From Rickettsiales bacterium (lineage in GTDB: Bacteria > Pseudomonadota > Alphaproteobacteria > Rickettsiales > UBA3002), in the NCBI GenBank assembly GCA_044225085.1, contig JBGAJE010000002.1:1-35080 (forward strand): a DNA stretch of 35,080 nucleotides, read 5' to 3'. A program made the position numbers and the translations under genes. Below are positions 34,386 to 35,080 of this stretch, piece by piece. The first letter of the stretch is position 1, and every line of letters begins with the position of its first letter. The notes beneath the pieces are model-generated. The model worked only from the letters and a program-made list of their open reading frames with translations. It ran no database searches and was not told the DNA's origin.

Positions 34386-35080
34386 CTAGATTTTGGCCGC
34401 ATCGATACCAACCGCATCGGCCAAATGCCTGAACCCGTCGCGCGCTAACAATTCCACCAACCCACGATTCACCCGCTCCGCCAGCCCAAAGCCCTGATAC
34501 ACTAGCGCCGTGTAAAGCTGCACCAAACTCGCCCCTGCGCGAATCTTCGCATACGCATCCTCTGCACTGCTAATCCCACCGACGCCGATAAGTGGCACCT
34601 TCCCGCCCGTTAGCCGATACATGGTGGCGAGTGCGGCGGTTGAAGCCTCAAACAACGGCCGCCCGCTGAGGCCCCCCGCCTCGCCCGCCAGCGCACTGCC
34701 CGCCACGCGGTCACGCGCAATCGTCGTGTTGCTGACGATCAGCCCATCGAGCTTCTCACCGAGCGCCACCTCCGCAATCGCCTCAAACATCGCCGGGTCC
34801 CCATCCGGCGCGATTTTGACAAAGATGGGTTTTGTTTGGCTGGATGGAGCGTCTTGAGCCCTCTCCCCTCGGGGGAGAGGGTTGGGTGAGGGTGCTATCA
34901 TCCGCTTTTCGTTGTTAGTCTCGTCGCCAGCGGATGGCCCCCTCATCCCACCCTTCTCCCCCATGGGGAGAAAGCGTGCCCGTTCCGCCTGCAACGCCCG
35001 CACCAGCGCTCGCAGCTCATCCGCCGCCTGCAGCGCCCGCAAACCCGGCGTGTTGGGCGAGGAGATATTCGCCGTGATGT
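34386..35080 (-). CDS. pyrD: dihydroorotate dehydrogenase (quinone), C-terminal part (5' end outside window), carrying a repeat-derived insertion
   Basis: The frame is open to the window edge: ITANISSPNTPGLRALQ...PIFVKIAPD...LIVSNTT...GGLSGRPL...IGVGGISSAEDAYAKIRAGASLVQLYTALVYQG. Confidence 0.9.
   Translation of the reverse strand, partial: ITANISSPNTPGLRALQAADELRALVRALQAERARFLPMGEKGGMRGPSAGDETNNEKRMIAPSPNPLPRGERAQDAPSSQTKPIFVKIAPDGDPAMFEAIAEVALGEKLDGLIVSNTTIARDRVAGSALAGEAGGLSGRPLFEASTAALATMYRLTGGKVPLIGVGGISSAEDAYAKIRAGASLVQLYTALVYQGFGLAERVNRGLVELLARDGFRHLADAVGIDAAKI
34859..34973. repeat. palindromic element, family C (copy C2, inside pyrD)
   Basis: CCCTCTCCCCTCGGGGGAGAGGGTTGGGTGAGGG...GGCCCCCTCATCCCACCCTTCTCCCCCATGGGGAGAAAG. 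Same module order as C1. Confidence 0.85.

Noticed and set aside
10910-34973. Possibility that the recurring palindromes form a CRISPR array
   Set aside because: The copies are kilobases apart and irregularly spaced. They belong to different families, and each is a long nested palindrome rather than a short direct repeat with spacers. No cas genes are present.

Overview
This is a 35-kb chromosomal segment with an alphaproteobacterial layout and moderately high GC. It carries the block erpA-dgt-argS-SPOR-nagZ-tatABC-serS-surE-pcm-nlpD, a divK-pleD operon, polA, pyrD, alaS, icd, xthA, rpmJ and a small LPS/O-antigen-type cluster. I saw no rRNA, tRNA, CRISPR array, transposase or integrase. Three things overlie the housekeeping backbone. 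(1) Three families of nested-hairpin palindromic elements (REPIN/MITE/RPE-like) are present in at least nine copies. Three copies are translated in-frame inside essential genes: polA twice, including just before the QVHDE catalytic motif, and pyrD once. serS also carries an in-frame insertion of foreign composition. I consider this the most interesting signal in the window. (2) Gene decay is clustered. divK has at least five indels, pleD is split, dgt is frameshifted in a homopolymer, nlpD is frameshifted, and the wbpL-like initiating glycosyltransferase has an in-frame amber codon. scpA/scpB are missing from their usual slot. (3) Lineage-specific orphan genes, AT-richer by eye, are wedged into the conserved synteny, several with zero or negative intergenic distance. 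Most are built from internal duplications. They include a tandem pair of soluble HExxH (M48-like) metalloprotease paralogues and a pair of adjacent paralogues that share an upstream motif. All homology statements come from reading the translations by eye. No database search was possible.
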